A DNA stretch of 24,423 nucleotides from Bdellovibrionales bacterium (GCA_043739185.1 JAYUEN010000009.1:1-24423); one strand, 5' to 3'. Positions 7,870-17,085 are shown, counted from the stretch's first letter. Program-made: numbers and translations. The notes: generated from the letters alone by a model not told the origin.

Positions 7870-8391
7870 CTAGTCTTTGTCGTCAGTGGTGATGCGAGTC
7901 AATAGAGCCTTCGCGCCATCAAGAATTTCTTTTGCAGTTTCTTTGATCTCAGCAACGATGCTATCGTAAACTGATTTTACTTTGGCCATACGTGCTGCGC
8001 GCTCAGCTTGATCTTTGTCACTGTCTTCTGCGCGGCCAGTTACTTCACGAACTTCTTGGGCCACATTGTGAGCAACAGTTAGAGCAGAAGTCTTAGCTTC
8101 TTCCATTTCTGTCATAAGACCTTTAAGAGCAAGTCTTAATTGAGCCAAACGTGCTTCACGCTCTTGCTTGTCATTGTCGTTAGCATCACGTTGTTGCTCC
8201 ATCTTTTCAATTTGAGACTGAATGTCAGTAGCAAATTTTGAAACTTGAGCAACTTTGCCTTGGAACTTAGCTTGAACACAAGCTAGTTTCTGGCCCTCTC
8301 CAGCTGTCATTACGCTGCAAGAATCATCTTCTGCGTGTGCTACTGATGCAAGTGCAACAACTGCCGCGAATGATAGTGCGATTTTTTTCAT
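7870..8391 (-). CDS. Secreted coiled-coil protein with an internal repeat
   Basis: GAGGAG RBS, signal peptide ending AHA-E, helical Ala/Glu/Lys-rich body. Repeat RDANDNDKQEREARLAQLR / RAEDSDKDQAERAARMAKVK. Confidence 0.85.
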   Translation of the reverse strand: MKKIALSFAAVVALASVAHAEDDSCSVMTAGEGQKLACVQAKFQGKVAQVSKFATDIQSQIEKMEQQRDANDNDKQEREARLAQLRLALKGLMTEMEEAKTSALTVAHNVAQEVREVTGRAEDSDKDQAERAARMAKVKSVYDSIVAEIKETAKEILDGAKALLTRITTDDKD

Positions 8392-8605
8392 GAGTTCTCC
8401 TCTTTAATTACAAATCGCGCTGGAAGTTATTTCCAAACTTGAAAACGATTTGCATTGATGACGAGGTACTATTCAAATTCTGTGCTCAGTTTAACCCAAA
8501 TATATTTGATCTGAAGGCGTTTTTTTTTCTTTTCTTCATTTCGCAGGATTTTGCTCTTACTTTTTTACAATTTGCGATTTTTTTCTCGGCAGCTGGGGTG
8601 AAATT

Positions 8606-9616
8606 CTAGCCAATCATACCCAAGCTAATCAAATGCTGTTGATCTAATCCGCCCTCATAAAGACTGTCAAACCAAGGGAGTTCTACTTGCAGTGAGGTCT
8701 CACTAACAGGCTCTGCAAATTTTAACTTTTCAATAAAGAGACTTTCAAGGGCTTTATTATCATCAATTATACTTTGAATCTTAAGCATCAGCTGCTCAGT
8801 CAAAATTCTTGGTATTTTATCTAACACTTTCAGCGCCCAAGACTTTTGAATCCAATCAAGCGAATAAATTCCTAGAAACAAAGACCACGAACAAAAAAGT
8901 CGATAGCCTGAAGACTGTATAGGAATACTTTGAATATACTCAAGCGAATAGCGGGCGTTAATAGCCAAGCTTTGAAAGAGCTGAGATCGAGACGGAACCA
9001 AAAAACGACCTTCTGCTTCGTCTTTAAATTGATCCTTCAATAGATTTATTTTTTGCAAGAAAAGCCCAAAGTGATGAGAGAGCAAAGTGAGGTTTTCAAC
9101 TTTTAAAAAAATGGTTTTTTCACTTTGAAGATCGGTCAAGAGTTCACCCACGACCCCAGCTACAAAAAAACAATATTGATTAACTTCAGCCAAAGTTTTG
9201 AGCCTGCTACTGCCCTTTTTAGAAAAATAAAGCATGCCTCTGCTCATATTGAGCACACCTCGGCAAATTTTACTTCTTATATGAATGGGCAGCTCGTGAA
9301 AATCACTAAAAATTAAAAAGGACTCAGCTAGCAGAGTACGTTCACCTGCCGGAATCTCCGCATTAAATTGATGTTGCCAAATATGAACCTCATGTTCACT
9401 GGGGCTTACTAAAATAAAATTTTGAAAAAGTTTAAAGGATTGAAGTTTCGCTGTTTCATTTTTCCAGGAAGAGTCTTCAATGGTATCGAGCATACGACAG
9501 AGTAGATAGGAGATCGAAACCCAAAGCCTTAGGTCATCTTCTAAACGCGCAATACAAAAAGCGAAACTTCGACTGACTTGATCTAAATGTCGCTGATAAA
9601 AAGCAATCGTATTCAC
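8606..9616 (-). CDS. Squalene/phytoene synthase family protein (squalene-synthase-like)
   Basis: VSRSFAFCI, YLLCRMLDTIED, YCFFVAGVVGELLT, FGLFLQKINLLKD and EGRF motifs. AGGAG RBS before the GTG. Confidence 0.88.
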   Translation of the reverse strand: MNTIAFYQRHLDQVSRSFAFCIARLEDDLRLWVSISYLLCRMLDTIEDSSWKNETAKLQSFKLFQNFILVSPSEHEVHIWQHQFNAEIPAGERTLLAESFLIFSDFHELPIHIRSKICRGVLNMSRGMLYFSKKGSSRLKTLAEVNQYCFFVAGVVGELLTDLQSEKTIFLKVENLTLLSHHFGLFLQKINLLKDQFKDEAEGRFLVPSRSQLFQSLAINARYSLEYIQSIPIQSSGYRLFCSWSLFLGIYSLDWIQKSWALKVLDKIPRILTEQLMLKIQSIIDDNKALESLFIEKLKFAEPVSETSLQVELPWFDSLYEGGLDQQHLISLGMIG

Positions 9617-9865
9617 AACACTAAGCTCCTGGTAACTAATGCGCTCATCATTTAACTTTAGAAAGCCTTCAATATCAAAACTAAAAAGCGCAATTCCGCA
9701 ATACTTCTCAAATTGTTTCTTATAGCTTCTCTAGACTTAAGACTACTATTTGTCACTCAAGGTCTAGTCCTCAGCCAGACACAATATGCCTAGTTTGAAT
9801 TTACTTTAGAATCTCTCATTCACAAGCTAAAGTAGTAATATACCAAACATCTGAAGGGAAAATAA

Positions 9866-12229
9866 ATGTTGGATCAACTTAAAAAATTGAAAGCGATCGC
9901 CGCGGCAATTTGTTTACTTTTAATCGCAGTTGGCTACGGCATCACAACTGTGAATAAAAATAAAGGCCCTGAGAGCACCAGTCTTTCTTCGAATCTTGCC
10001 CAAGACCCTTATATTTATACTGAAAAAGTTCAAGGCGTCTTCAATAGTCGCTGTATCGCGTGCCACAGTTGCTTAGACTCACCTTGCCAGCTTAATTTGC
10101 AATCCTATGATGGCCTCATGCGCGGATTAAAGAAAGAAAATGTCTATGGCGGGTCAAGAATGACCGAAATCGCTCCCACGAGACTATATGAAGATGCGCA
10201 AACAACAGCTCAATGGCACGACTTGGGATTTCGCAGCGTAATGGGTGATCACCAACACAAAGCAATGCTTATTGAATCCTTGCAGTTGGCTCTAGGAGAT
10301 CGTGAGCGACCTAAAAAGGCAGTAAAAGACAGTCGTGTCTGCCCCACCCAAGAAGAAAAAGATGTTTTAAAAGATAAGCATGAACTCGCAATGCCGTATG
10401 GCTTACCAAGCCTTAATGAATCGGAGCGCAATTCAATTTTTGATTGGGTCTCGCATGGTGCCCCCCCACCCAAGAGCGAATCTCCAATTGTTTTTAGCAA
10501 TGAAATTCGGGATCAAATTAAAGACTGGACACGCTTTTTAAATCAAAGTGATTTCAAACACCAAATCACAAGTCGCTATCTGTTTGAGCATTTGTATTTA
10601 GCACATTTTTATTTTCAAAACTCGCCAAAGGAGTTTTTAAGACTCGTACGCTCATCTCATTCTTGTGAAAGACCCGTCATTATTTCGACCAGAAATCCAA
10701 ATGATTATCCGGGCACGGACGCGTTCTTCTATTGTTTTGTAAAACTTCAAGGAACTGTTGTGAGCAAAACTCATATCCCCTATGAAATTGGCGCTGCAAA
10801 GCTTGCTTGGCTCGAAAATAATTTTATTAATAGTGCTTGGCAACCAACGCATTACCCTTCTTGGGATACAGACAAAGCGGCAAACCCATTCATCACCTAT
10901 AAAGAAATGCCAATTATTGCTCGTTACCGCTTCTTACTTGAAGACTCTCAATATCATGTCATGACCTTCATCAAAGGTCCGGTGTGCAATGGTTCGGTCG
11001 CAGTTGATTCTATTCAAGAGCAATTCTATGTATTCTTTATGAATCCAAGCTCTGATCTTATGGTCAAATCAAGCGAATACGCTGAGGCTGTAGAGCAATC
11101 CTTAACCCTGCCAGGACAATTCGGCGACGCAATTAAATTAAAGCAATTTCAAGGCGATTATAATGAAATGGCAAAGCGAAGAAACAGCTATCGCGTCGTC
11201 GAACGTGCCGCACTTGAAAAGTATTATGCCGGGGGACTATCGCTAAATGATATTTGGAATGGCGATGATTCAAATGACAATGCTGTACTTACAGTTTGGA
11301 GACACAACGACAATGCCGCTGTCCTAAAGGGCGCTCGCGGCGATATTTCTAAGTCCTACTTTGTATTGGATTACTCTACATTTGAACGCCTGGTGTACAA
11401 CCTCGTGGTTAATTTTGACGTTTTTGGTAATCTCGAACATCAAGCCCTTACCAGACGCTATATGGACTTCATCAGAATGGATGCTGAAAATAACTATTTA
11501 AACTTCTTACCTGAGGCTCAAAGATCAATAGTAAAGCACTATTGGTATAGCGCCTCTGAATTAGTTCAAAGGAAACTTACCAGTAAATTAACAAAACTAG
11601 ATGAATTTAAATTTGCAAATATAAGGGCGATTCCGTTTAAAAATGAAAAGCAATCTCATATCGAATTTGCACAAAAAATACTTTTCGAAAGATTGAACGA
11701 CAAAGCTCGCGGTCCAGATGACAGTATCAATTGGAAGAGGCTAAAAGCCGATGTCCGCACCAATGATCCTATTGAGGCCTCGCTTCGCAGTATCGCAAGC
11801 ATTCCTAATGGCAAGAAGGGCTATTCGGAGTATTTTCCCGATTTGAGCTATTTGATTATTGGACCGCTGGACAATCCTCAACGGCTCTATTCTGTCATTC
11901 ACAATCGCGAGCACAGAAACGTGTCCTTTATGTTTTTTGAAAGTTTAGAATTTGCGAAAGAAGAAGATAGTCTTTCAATTGAGCCTGGTGTTTATGGCTC
12001 TTATCCAAATCAATTCTTTTATGTTGAACCGCAAAATCTTGAAACGATGTTGAGCGATTTGCGAAAAGTGCATTCTAAAGATAGCTATGAAGACTTTTAC
12101 AAAACTTATGCAGTTGATCGCATGGATCCGAAAATTTGGAAGCTCTATGACTTTGTTAATAAAGAATATGTTAGGCTCGACCCCATTCAGGCGGGAGTGG
12201 TCGATCTTTCGCGCTATGATATGAAGTAA
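9866..12229 (+). CDS. cti: Fatty acid cis/trans isomerase (periplasmic c-type heme protein)
   Basis: N-terminal anchor, RCIACHSC..PCQLNL heme motif, RYLFEHLYLAH, NPF, FIKGPVC, ERLVYNLVVNFDVFGN, RMDAENNYL, GSYPN, G.VDLSRY. 787 aa, a typical Cti size. Confidence 0.9.
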   Translation: MLDQLKKLKAIAAAICLLLIAVGYGITTVNKNKGPESTSLSSNLAQDPYIYTEKVQGVFNSRCIACHSCLDSPCQLNLQSYDGLMRGLKKENVYGGSRMTEIAPTRLYEDAQTTAQWHDLGFRSVMGDHQHKAMLIESLQLALGDRERPKKAVKDSRVCPTQEEKDVLKDKHELAMPYGLPSLNESERNSIFDWVSHGAPPPKSESPIVFSNEIRDQIKDWTRFLNQSDFKHQITSRYLFEHLYLAHFYFQNSPKEFLRLVRSSHSCERPVIISTRNPNDYPGTDAFFYCFVKLQGTVVSKTHIPYEIGAAKLAWLENNFINSAWQPTHYPSWDTDKAANPFITYKEMPIIARYRFLLEDSQYHVMTFIKGPVCNGSVAVDSIQEQFYVFFMNPSSDLMVKSSEYAEAVEQSLTLPGQFGDAIKLKQFQGDYNEMAKRRNSYRVVERAALEKYYAGGLSLNDIWNGDDSNDNAVLTVWRHNDNAAVLKGARGDISKSYFVLDYSTFERLVYNLVVNFDVFGNLEHQALTRRYMDFIRMDAENNYLNFLPEAQRSIVKHYWYSASELVQRKLTSKLTKLDEFKFANIRAIPFKNEKQSHIEFAQKILFERLNDKARGPDDSINWKRLKADVRTNDPIEASLRSIASIPNGKKGYSEYFPDLSYLIIGPLDNPQRLYSVIHNREHRNVSFMFFESLEFAKEEDSLSIEPGVYGSYPNQFFYVEPQNLETMLSDLRKVHSKDSYEDFYKTYAVDRMDPKIWKLYDFVNKEYVRLDPIQAGVVDLSRYDMK

Positions 12230-12263
12230 AAAAAAGGCCTGCCAAGTGTAAAGCCGGCAGGCC
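12228..12263 (-). terminator. Rho-independent terminator between convergent genes
   Basis: GGCCTGCC/GGCAGGCC 8-bp stem with an A8 tract on its left (a U-tract on the minus strand). Confidence 0.75.
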
Positions 12264-12291
12264 ATCAAAAACATTTCAATAATTTTAAAAA

Positions 12292-12696
12292 TTAATTACG
12301 GCGAGGTGGAGCGGAAGGTCTTGGCGCTCCTACATAAATCGTCTCGTCACAAAGAATCGGCTCAGAAATCAAAAGACTCCCGTTGTTATTTAAAACCTTT
12401 GCCGAAAATTTAACTCTTACTGTCTCATAATCACCTGAAATTTTAGGGAAGGTGACCTGTTCACGATTGAGCAGCTGAATCGAACCAATTCGATATTCTG
12501 CGCCGCCAGGAGTGGTCACACTGATGATATCTTGACCATTTACTCTAAGTGATTCATAAGGTCGTCTTGGGGCTCCACCATCTGTTTCATCAAGTTTATA
12601 TTGAATTTTAGAATCTGAACTTGAACAAACAAGTTCATGGGCCTGACCACTAAGACCTGCAAGAATTACCACGCTCATTAAAAATGCAAATTTCAT
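12292..12696 (-). CDS. Secreted hypothetical protein
   Basis: AGGAG RBS, signal peptide ending GQA-H, 'LVC' N-terminus and a C-terminal Cys. Confidence 0.8.
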   Translation of the reverse strand: MKFAFLMSVVILAGLSGQAHELVCSSSDSKIQYKLDETDGGAPRRPYESLRVNGQDIISVTTPGGAEYRIGSIQLLNREQVTFPKISGDYETVRVKFSAKVLNNNGSLLISEPILCDETIYVGAPRPSAPPRRN

Positions 12697-12867
12697 AAAA
12701 TCTCCTATTCAACGGGTTTTGTTTCTTTAATCAAAATACTTTTTTATTTCGTTCAAATTCACGGCATTATAGCCCATTTTTGAAACCCTTCCGAAGATTT
12801 TTTAACTACCCTAGAACAATTTCAATTCAGTGCCAATTCGGGGCCGCTTTTGGGCCAATTGATAATT

Positions 12868-12894
12868 TCAGGCGTAGCACGCTTCAGCCGATAT
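12868..12894 (+). promoter_or_regulatory. Candidate sigma28 (FliA) promoter with no sense gene downstream
   Basis: TCAG-N15-GCCGATAT. Confidence 0.4.
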
Positions 12895-12964
12895 GTGTAT
12901 CGAAGCTAATATTTGGGTTCCAGAAGAGATTTTGACAAATGCAATATTTGATCTGACCTATATC

Positions 12965-13000
12965 AAAAAATAAAACGGCTGCACCATAAAAGATGCAGCC
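12965..13000 (-). terminator. Rho-independent terminator
   Basis: Minus strand GGCTGCATC-TTTTAT-GGTGCAGCC then GTTTTATTTTTT, downstream of the 13038 stop. Confidence 0.75.
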
Positions 13001-13037
13001 TGAATCCGAATCCTAATTCAAAAGAATTTTAAAAATA

Positions 13038-13625
13038 CTAATCTAAGTAATTGCAACCTGTTGGAACACAAGCGCCTTTTGGCGTAATTCCTCTACAGAT
13101 TCCAAGAGCCTCTTCTTGGAGTGTTGATTGACTAAATGGAGAACCCACAGGCGAGGGCGATACCTGAGCGGTATAGGTGTTACGAGCAAAACACTTAACT
13201 TTATAGTGAACAAAAGCTGAATCCACATTGATTGTAGTCTCACCATTGATACAAACATTCACGGTTGTGCCAGCGGGACCTTGCTCTTTGTAACATTTAA
13301 ATTGCTCACCTTTTTGATTTACAAATAATCCAGCACTTGTGCCTTCTTGTATTGGTGTTGCAGGTGCTCCCACTTTCATCTCAGCTTGAGCTTGTTGGGC
13401 CTGCAATTCACACTCTCTCTGATTGTGCTTCTTTTCCATATGATTTCCTACTGCCGCGCCAGCTGCGCCTAGAGCTAAACCACTTAGGCCTCGACCGCCC
13501 AAGACTTTTCCGACAGCAAAACCACCAACGGTACCGCCAACATTTCCGCCTCCGCACTCAGCGCGGGCAGACAAAGCACCCAATAAACTCAGACCTACAA
13601 CAACTGACAACACTGCTCTTTTCAT
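13038..13625 (-). CDS. Secreted protein with a glycine-zipper region and Cys-rich C-terminus
   Basis: GAGAGG RBS, signal peptide ending ARA-E, GGTVGGFAVG..GLALGAAGAAVGN glycine zipper, eight Cys. Confidence 0.8.
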   Translation of the reverse strand: MKRAVLSVVVGLSLLGALSARAECGGGNVGGTVGGFAVGKVLGGRGLSGLALGAAGAAVGNHMEKKHNQRECELQAQQAQAEMKVGAPATPIQEGTSAGLFVNQKGEQFKCYKEQGPAGTTVNVCINGETTINVDSAFVHYKVKCFARNTYTAQVSPSPVGSPFSQSTLQEEALGICRGITPKGACVPTGCNYLD

Positions 13626-13706
13626 AACATCCTCTCTCTAAAGGTTTTTGCAAACAAGATCTTCTTGTGTGCTGCTTTTGATTTAAAAATATATTGAGCT
13701 TGCCAG

Positions 13707-13722
13707 AGCAACTAGTGGGCCA
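13707..13722 (-). promoter_or_regulatory. sigma54 (-24/-12) promoter for the glycine-zipper gene
   Basis: Minus strand TGGCCCACTAGTTGCT. Confidence 0.7.
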
Positions 13723-13821
13723 AGGTTAAAATCAAATTAAATATAAATGGAGACAGGGAGCTAACAGTACACGGCACCGCTTTTATAAATGTTTCAGGAT
13801 TGGATTGAGTTGTCTTATTTA

Positions 13822-13998
13822 GGCTCGAAAAGGATCTGAATCAGTTTTCTGGCAGCCGCTGCTGTCAACGGTAGACGGTTTCGGTTTCAGCGAGGCCGTT
13901 TATAGAGGCGTGCTCAAAATGAATTGATGAAAAAACAAGGATCGTCCGATTCAGACTCTGGTTCTGAATCAGCTGCCGTTAGCCGAATTCGGTTTGCC
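13822..13998 (-). repeat. Dispersed intergenic repeat, copy 2 (with an internal insertion and hairpin)
   Basis: Reverse complement GGCAAACCGAATTCGGCTAACGGC matches 4728-4751 at 21/24. ...GCTGCCA-GAAAACTGATTCA matches 4795-4815. Hairpin GATTCAGA/TCTGAATC at 13948-13970. Confidence 0.7.
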
Positions 13999-14030
13999 TG
14001 AACCAGAATATTCCTAAATTTGTTTGCGAA

Positions 14031-14705
14031 TTAACTTGCGTCGCTATTTTCAAATTCTTTTTTTATCTGTTTATAATAACTAATGTAAAATTCGAGGACT
14101 TTTGAATGATACTCTTTTGGTGTTACCTTACGACTCAAAGCCCGGTAAACATTTGTCGGACCCATATTATAGGCTGAAATATAAAGCTGGCCATCCGATT
14201 CAAATTTTTCTCGCAAGAGATTCAAATAGGCCGCACCAATTTTAACATTTTGCACTGGGTCTCTTAGGGTTCTCTCGCCCTTCCACTTCCAATTATTCAA
14301 TTCGCAAATCCATTTTGCGGTTTCAGGTAAAATTTGCATCAGGCCAATTTCACCGGCGTCGCCTCTCACTTTAATATCAAAATTACTTTCATTTTCAATT
14401 ACTGCAAGTAAGAAAAAGGGATCAAATCCGTATTTTTTACTCTCTACCAATATCGCTTTCGAAGTTGCCTTTGCTTTGCCCCGTGTGCGCTTATCAAAAT
14501 CTGCAAAAGCTTCTTTTACATATTGGTGTATATGACGATCTGGTCGTTTAATGAGTTTCGCCACCTTAAAGTAAGAGCGATACTCTCGCCCCATCAATTC
14601 TTTGGCCTGAAGCAGCCGTCCCTTTAACGGAAGGCCATTCACGCTGGCGATTTTTCTCAGTTGCTTTTTCTCCGCATATTTTTTGGTAAATTTTTTGGCT
14701 GCCAA
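14031..14705 (-). CDS. Lytic transglycosylase (SLT domain); probably the C-terminal part of a frameshifted gene
   Basis: DPFFLLAVIENESNF (catalytic Glu), GEIGLMQI, DPVQNVKIGAAYL, AYNMG. Only a weak TTG start, and no signal peptide in this frame. Confidence 0.9.
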   Translation of the reverse strand: MAAKKFTKKYAEKKQLRKIASVNGLPLKGRLLQAKELMGREYRSYFKVAKLIKRPDRHIHQYVKEAFADFDKRTRGKAKATSKAILVESKKYGFDPFFLLAVIENESNFDIKVRGDAGEIGLMQILPETAKWICELNNWKWKGERTLRDPVQNVKIGAAYLNLLREKFESDGQLYISAYNMGPTNVYRALSRKVTPKEYHSKVLEFYISYYKQIKKEFENSDAS

Positions 14706-14968
14706 CTTTTTCTTTTATGTTTTCTCAATTTATGCAGATCACTTAAGATGTCTTCAATTGCTGATTTTTCGCTGAAAAGAATTTTGGTGGCGTCGGTAAA
14801 TTTTAGGTTGGGATTGTCATAGATCTCGTCTACTACCAAGGCATCTTCATCAGGCACGGGGTTTTCAACTTCAGCAAACCCCAGCGAAGAGTAAAATACT
14901 AAATTAACTAGAAAAAATATTTTTACACTTAGTCGCATTAGATTCGATATGAGCGAGTTTAAAATCAT
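14657..14968 (-). CDS. Signal-peptide-bearing ORF, probably the N-terminal part of the frameshifted transglycosylase
   Basis: MRLSVKIFFLVNLVFYSSLGFA-E signal peptide. Overlaps the SLT ORF by 49 bp across several A-runs. Confidence 0.6.
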   Translation of the reverse strand: MILNSLISNLMRLSVKIFFLVNLVFYSSLGFAEVENPVPDEDALVVDEIYDNPNLKFTDATKILFSEKSAIEDILSDLHKLRKHKRKSWQPKNLPKNMRRKSN

Positions 14969-14980
14969 AATGAATTGAAT

Positions 14981-14996
14981 TGCAATTCAAGTACCC
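14981..14996 (-). promoter_or_regulatory. sigma54 (-24/-12) promoter for the transglycosylase
   Basis: Minus strand GGGTACTTGAATTGCA, GG-N10-GC with TTGCA. Confidence 0.6.
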
Positions 14997-15378
14997 GAAA
15001 AAAACTCATCATTTCAACTGAGACGATTGCAGAGCAGGATCTATGTCTAGCTCATTTACAATGCCTAGCTGCCTTTTCATGCGCTATTTTTTAGCTTCTT
15101 TTCGCTACAAAAAAAACAGCGTGGAAACTTCATTCATCAACTCATTTTGAAACGAATCAAAATAAGATATCGTCTTGATACACTTTTCTGGTCGAGGCCT
15201 AGCCAATTGCACTACGAAGGACCAGACGAATTTGTTCAAATTTGTCGATATTAAATACGACTGTCAAAAACGAATACAAGCGAATGGAATATATGCAAAT
15301 CTACAAGATTTGGACAGGCATCTTTCTTGAAGTACTTAAATACGTAGAATGATTGGACATTGTCTCAAAGGGGGACTT

Positions 15379-16299
15379 ATGAGAATGCTCAAAAGTTACA
15401 AATTCAACCTTATAATCCTTCTCACCGGCGGTATGATTTTGAGTTTTCAAAACTGCGCGGGCAATAATAAGGTGAGCTTCAGCCAACCAGTCCCAGAAAA
15501 TTCAGTGTTTGTTACAAATGCAACTACTTCTAGTAACCAACTTTTATGTCCAGACGGAAGCGCCCCTCTATTAGATAGCGTAAATCCTTGCCCAAGCTCA
15601 GCACCTACTCCTACTCCAATTCCAACCCCAGGTCCTATTACTTCTCCAACTCCAAATCCATCTGGTTCTGGCAATGGTCCTCTTATTACTCCATCGCCTA
15701 CACCAATCTCGACGCCATCACCTACTCCTTCTTCGACTCCAATTCATACTCCAACACCCTCGCCTACCCCAGCTCCTACTATAGCTGCGACACCAACTCC
15801 TGCACCATCTAATACTCCTGGTGCCTCACCAACTCCTCATTCAAGTCCTACTCCAGCTCCAGTTAGCACGCCTACTCCTACGCCAACACCAGTGGCTACA
15901 CCGGTAGCGACACCAACGCCTACACCTACTCCTACTCCTTCTCCAAGTCCTGTAGCAAAATGTAAGGGTGATGATTGTGACGACGATGACGACAAAGACA
16001 AAGTAGAATGTGAAATCGCACCCAATGTTAGAATCGCTTTATCAACTGACTTCGATGATTCACGTGCTCATGGACAAAACGGAAAGTTGTGTATGTCACA
16101 ACATGCCTGCCTAGTCTTAATCAATGAGTTTATGTCAAAAAGAAACTGTGAAATGAGAGCGGGACCAGAACACGGAAATGCAAAACCATTTTCTTGCACC
16201 AAAGCTTACAACGATAATTTCGGCAGCTGCCACAATGCTCGAAAAATCTCAGATGATGATGTCCGCAATGTTTTAGGCAGAATGAAGGGCGATCGATAA
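15379..16299 (+). CDS. FQNC-type lipoprotein with a long Pro/Thr/Ser linker and a Cys-rich C-terminal domain
   Basis: AAGGGGGA RBS before ATG 15379 (track start 15349). Signal ending ILSFQNC, ~120 aa of PT repeats, an Asp-run, and eight C-terminal Cys. Confidence 0.85.
   Translation: MRMLKSYKFNLIILLTGGMILSFQNCAGNNKVSFSQPVPENSVFVTNATTSSNQLLCPDGSAPLLDSVNPCPSSAPTPTPIPTPGPITSPTPNPSGSGNGPLITPSPTPISTPSPTPSSTPIHTPTPSPTPAPTIAATPTPAPSNTPGASPTPHSSPTPAPVSTPTPTPTPVATPVATPTPTPTPTPSPSPVAKCKGDDCDDDDDKDKVECEIAPNVRIALSTDFDDSRAHGQNGKLCMSQHACLVLINEFMSKRNCEMRAGPEHGNAKPFSCTKAYNDNFGSCHNARKISDDDVRNVLGRMKGDR
15598..15951 (+). repeat. Low-complexity Pro-Thr/Ser coding repeat
   Basis: Repeated CCTACT/CCAACA/ACTCC codon units encoding (PT)n. 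Confidence 0.85.
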
Positions 16300-16335
16300 A
16301 CCTAAGCGCTTAAAAAGAAATAACTCACTCACTTG

Positions 16336-16369
16336 GAGCGACCTCAAAAATGGGTCGCTCTTTCTTTTT
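16336..16369 (+). terminator. Rho-independent terminator between convergent genes
   Basis: GAGCGACC/GGTCGCTC stem followed by TTTCTTTTT. Confidence 0.8.
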
Positions 16370-16376
16370 AAGAAAA

Positions 16377-16547
16377 TTATAAATATTTTTCAGGAGACTT
16401 TTCAAAACGATCTTTACAGCGCTTGGTGCAAAAAAAATGCTTTTTGCTTTTGTGACTTAATGTATTTGAACATCTTTCCGGAATTTTAATTTCCCACTTC
16501 GGACAAACGCTACAATAAACTTTTTTATTCGCTTTTTTAGATTTCAT
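16377..16547 (-). CDS. Small YHS/TRASH-like metal-binding protein
   Basis: CSVC ... FFCTKRCKDRFEKSPEKYL (YHS-type FCSxxCxxxFxxxPEKY). Start at ATG 16547 after GGTGGGGG. Confidence 0.7.
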   Translation of the reverse strand: MKSKKANKKVYCSVCPKWEIKIPERCSNTLSHKSKKHFFCTKRCKDRFEKSPEKYL

Positions 16548-16575
16548 TTTCTTTAAACCCCCACCCACTCTTCGC

Positions 16576-17085
16576 TTAAAAATAATACCGAATTCCGATG
16601 CCACCTGTAAAAATCGCCGTGGTCGCAGGTATAATTGAAATCCCTGGCGCTATTTCAACAAAAACGCCAATGCTAGGATCCTTAGGTCGCCATTCCAATC
16701 CCAAAGGAACTCTTACTCCTAAGCCAAAGGAGCCTGAAGTACGCCCGTAATAAGCATAGTTCTGACTGCGATCATTGGTCGTAATCGCGGCAATTCCGCC
16801 AATACCTAAATAGGGAGTCAATTGCATGAGAAATGGCTCTTTTTGTTTAAAGGCTCCGGGATAATGATACAAATAATCACCATAAAAAATAAAATAATTT
16901 GAAATTGCAAAACCAAGTCCCGCATCAAATGCAATTTGTTTGTCTTTGAAGTATTTCATCGTGAGCGCCGTGGGGTCCCCTAATACGATACCCGCGCCTA
17001 ATTCGTGATTTGCAAAGCACAAAGTTGAGAACAATAATATGCCTGATAAGATAAACGTTTGAATCTTAAGGCCTGTGCTAATCAT
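16576..17085 (-). CDS. Small outer-membrane beta-barrel protein
   Basis: Signal peptide, LGAGIVLGDPTALTMKY, alternating beta strands, C-terminal GGIGIRYYF. Confidence 0.8.
   Translation of the reverse strand: MISTGLKIQTFILSGILLFSTLCFANHELGAGIVLGDPTALTMKYFKDKQIAFDAGLGFAISNYFIFYGDYLYHYPGAFKQKEPFLMQLTPYLGIGGIAAITTNDRSQNYAYYGRTSGSFGLGVRVPLGLEWRPKDPSIGVFVEIAPGISIIPATTAIFTGGIGIRYYF

Noticed and set aside
12819..12836. Minus-strand TTGGCACTGAATTGAAA as a sigma54 promoter
   Set aside because: No GC at the required -12 spacing.
12893..12973. 26-codon ORF MCIEANIWVPEEILTNAIFDLTYIKK
   Set aside because: No RBS, its ATG overlaps the putative -10 box, and it has no recognisable motif.
15316..15331. AGGCATCTTTCTTGAA as a sigma54 promoter for the FQNC lipoprotein
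   Set aside because: -12 reads GA rather than GC. A second candidate at ~15195-15211 has spacing off by one.
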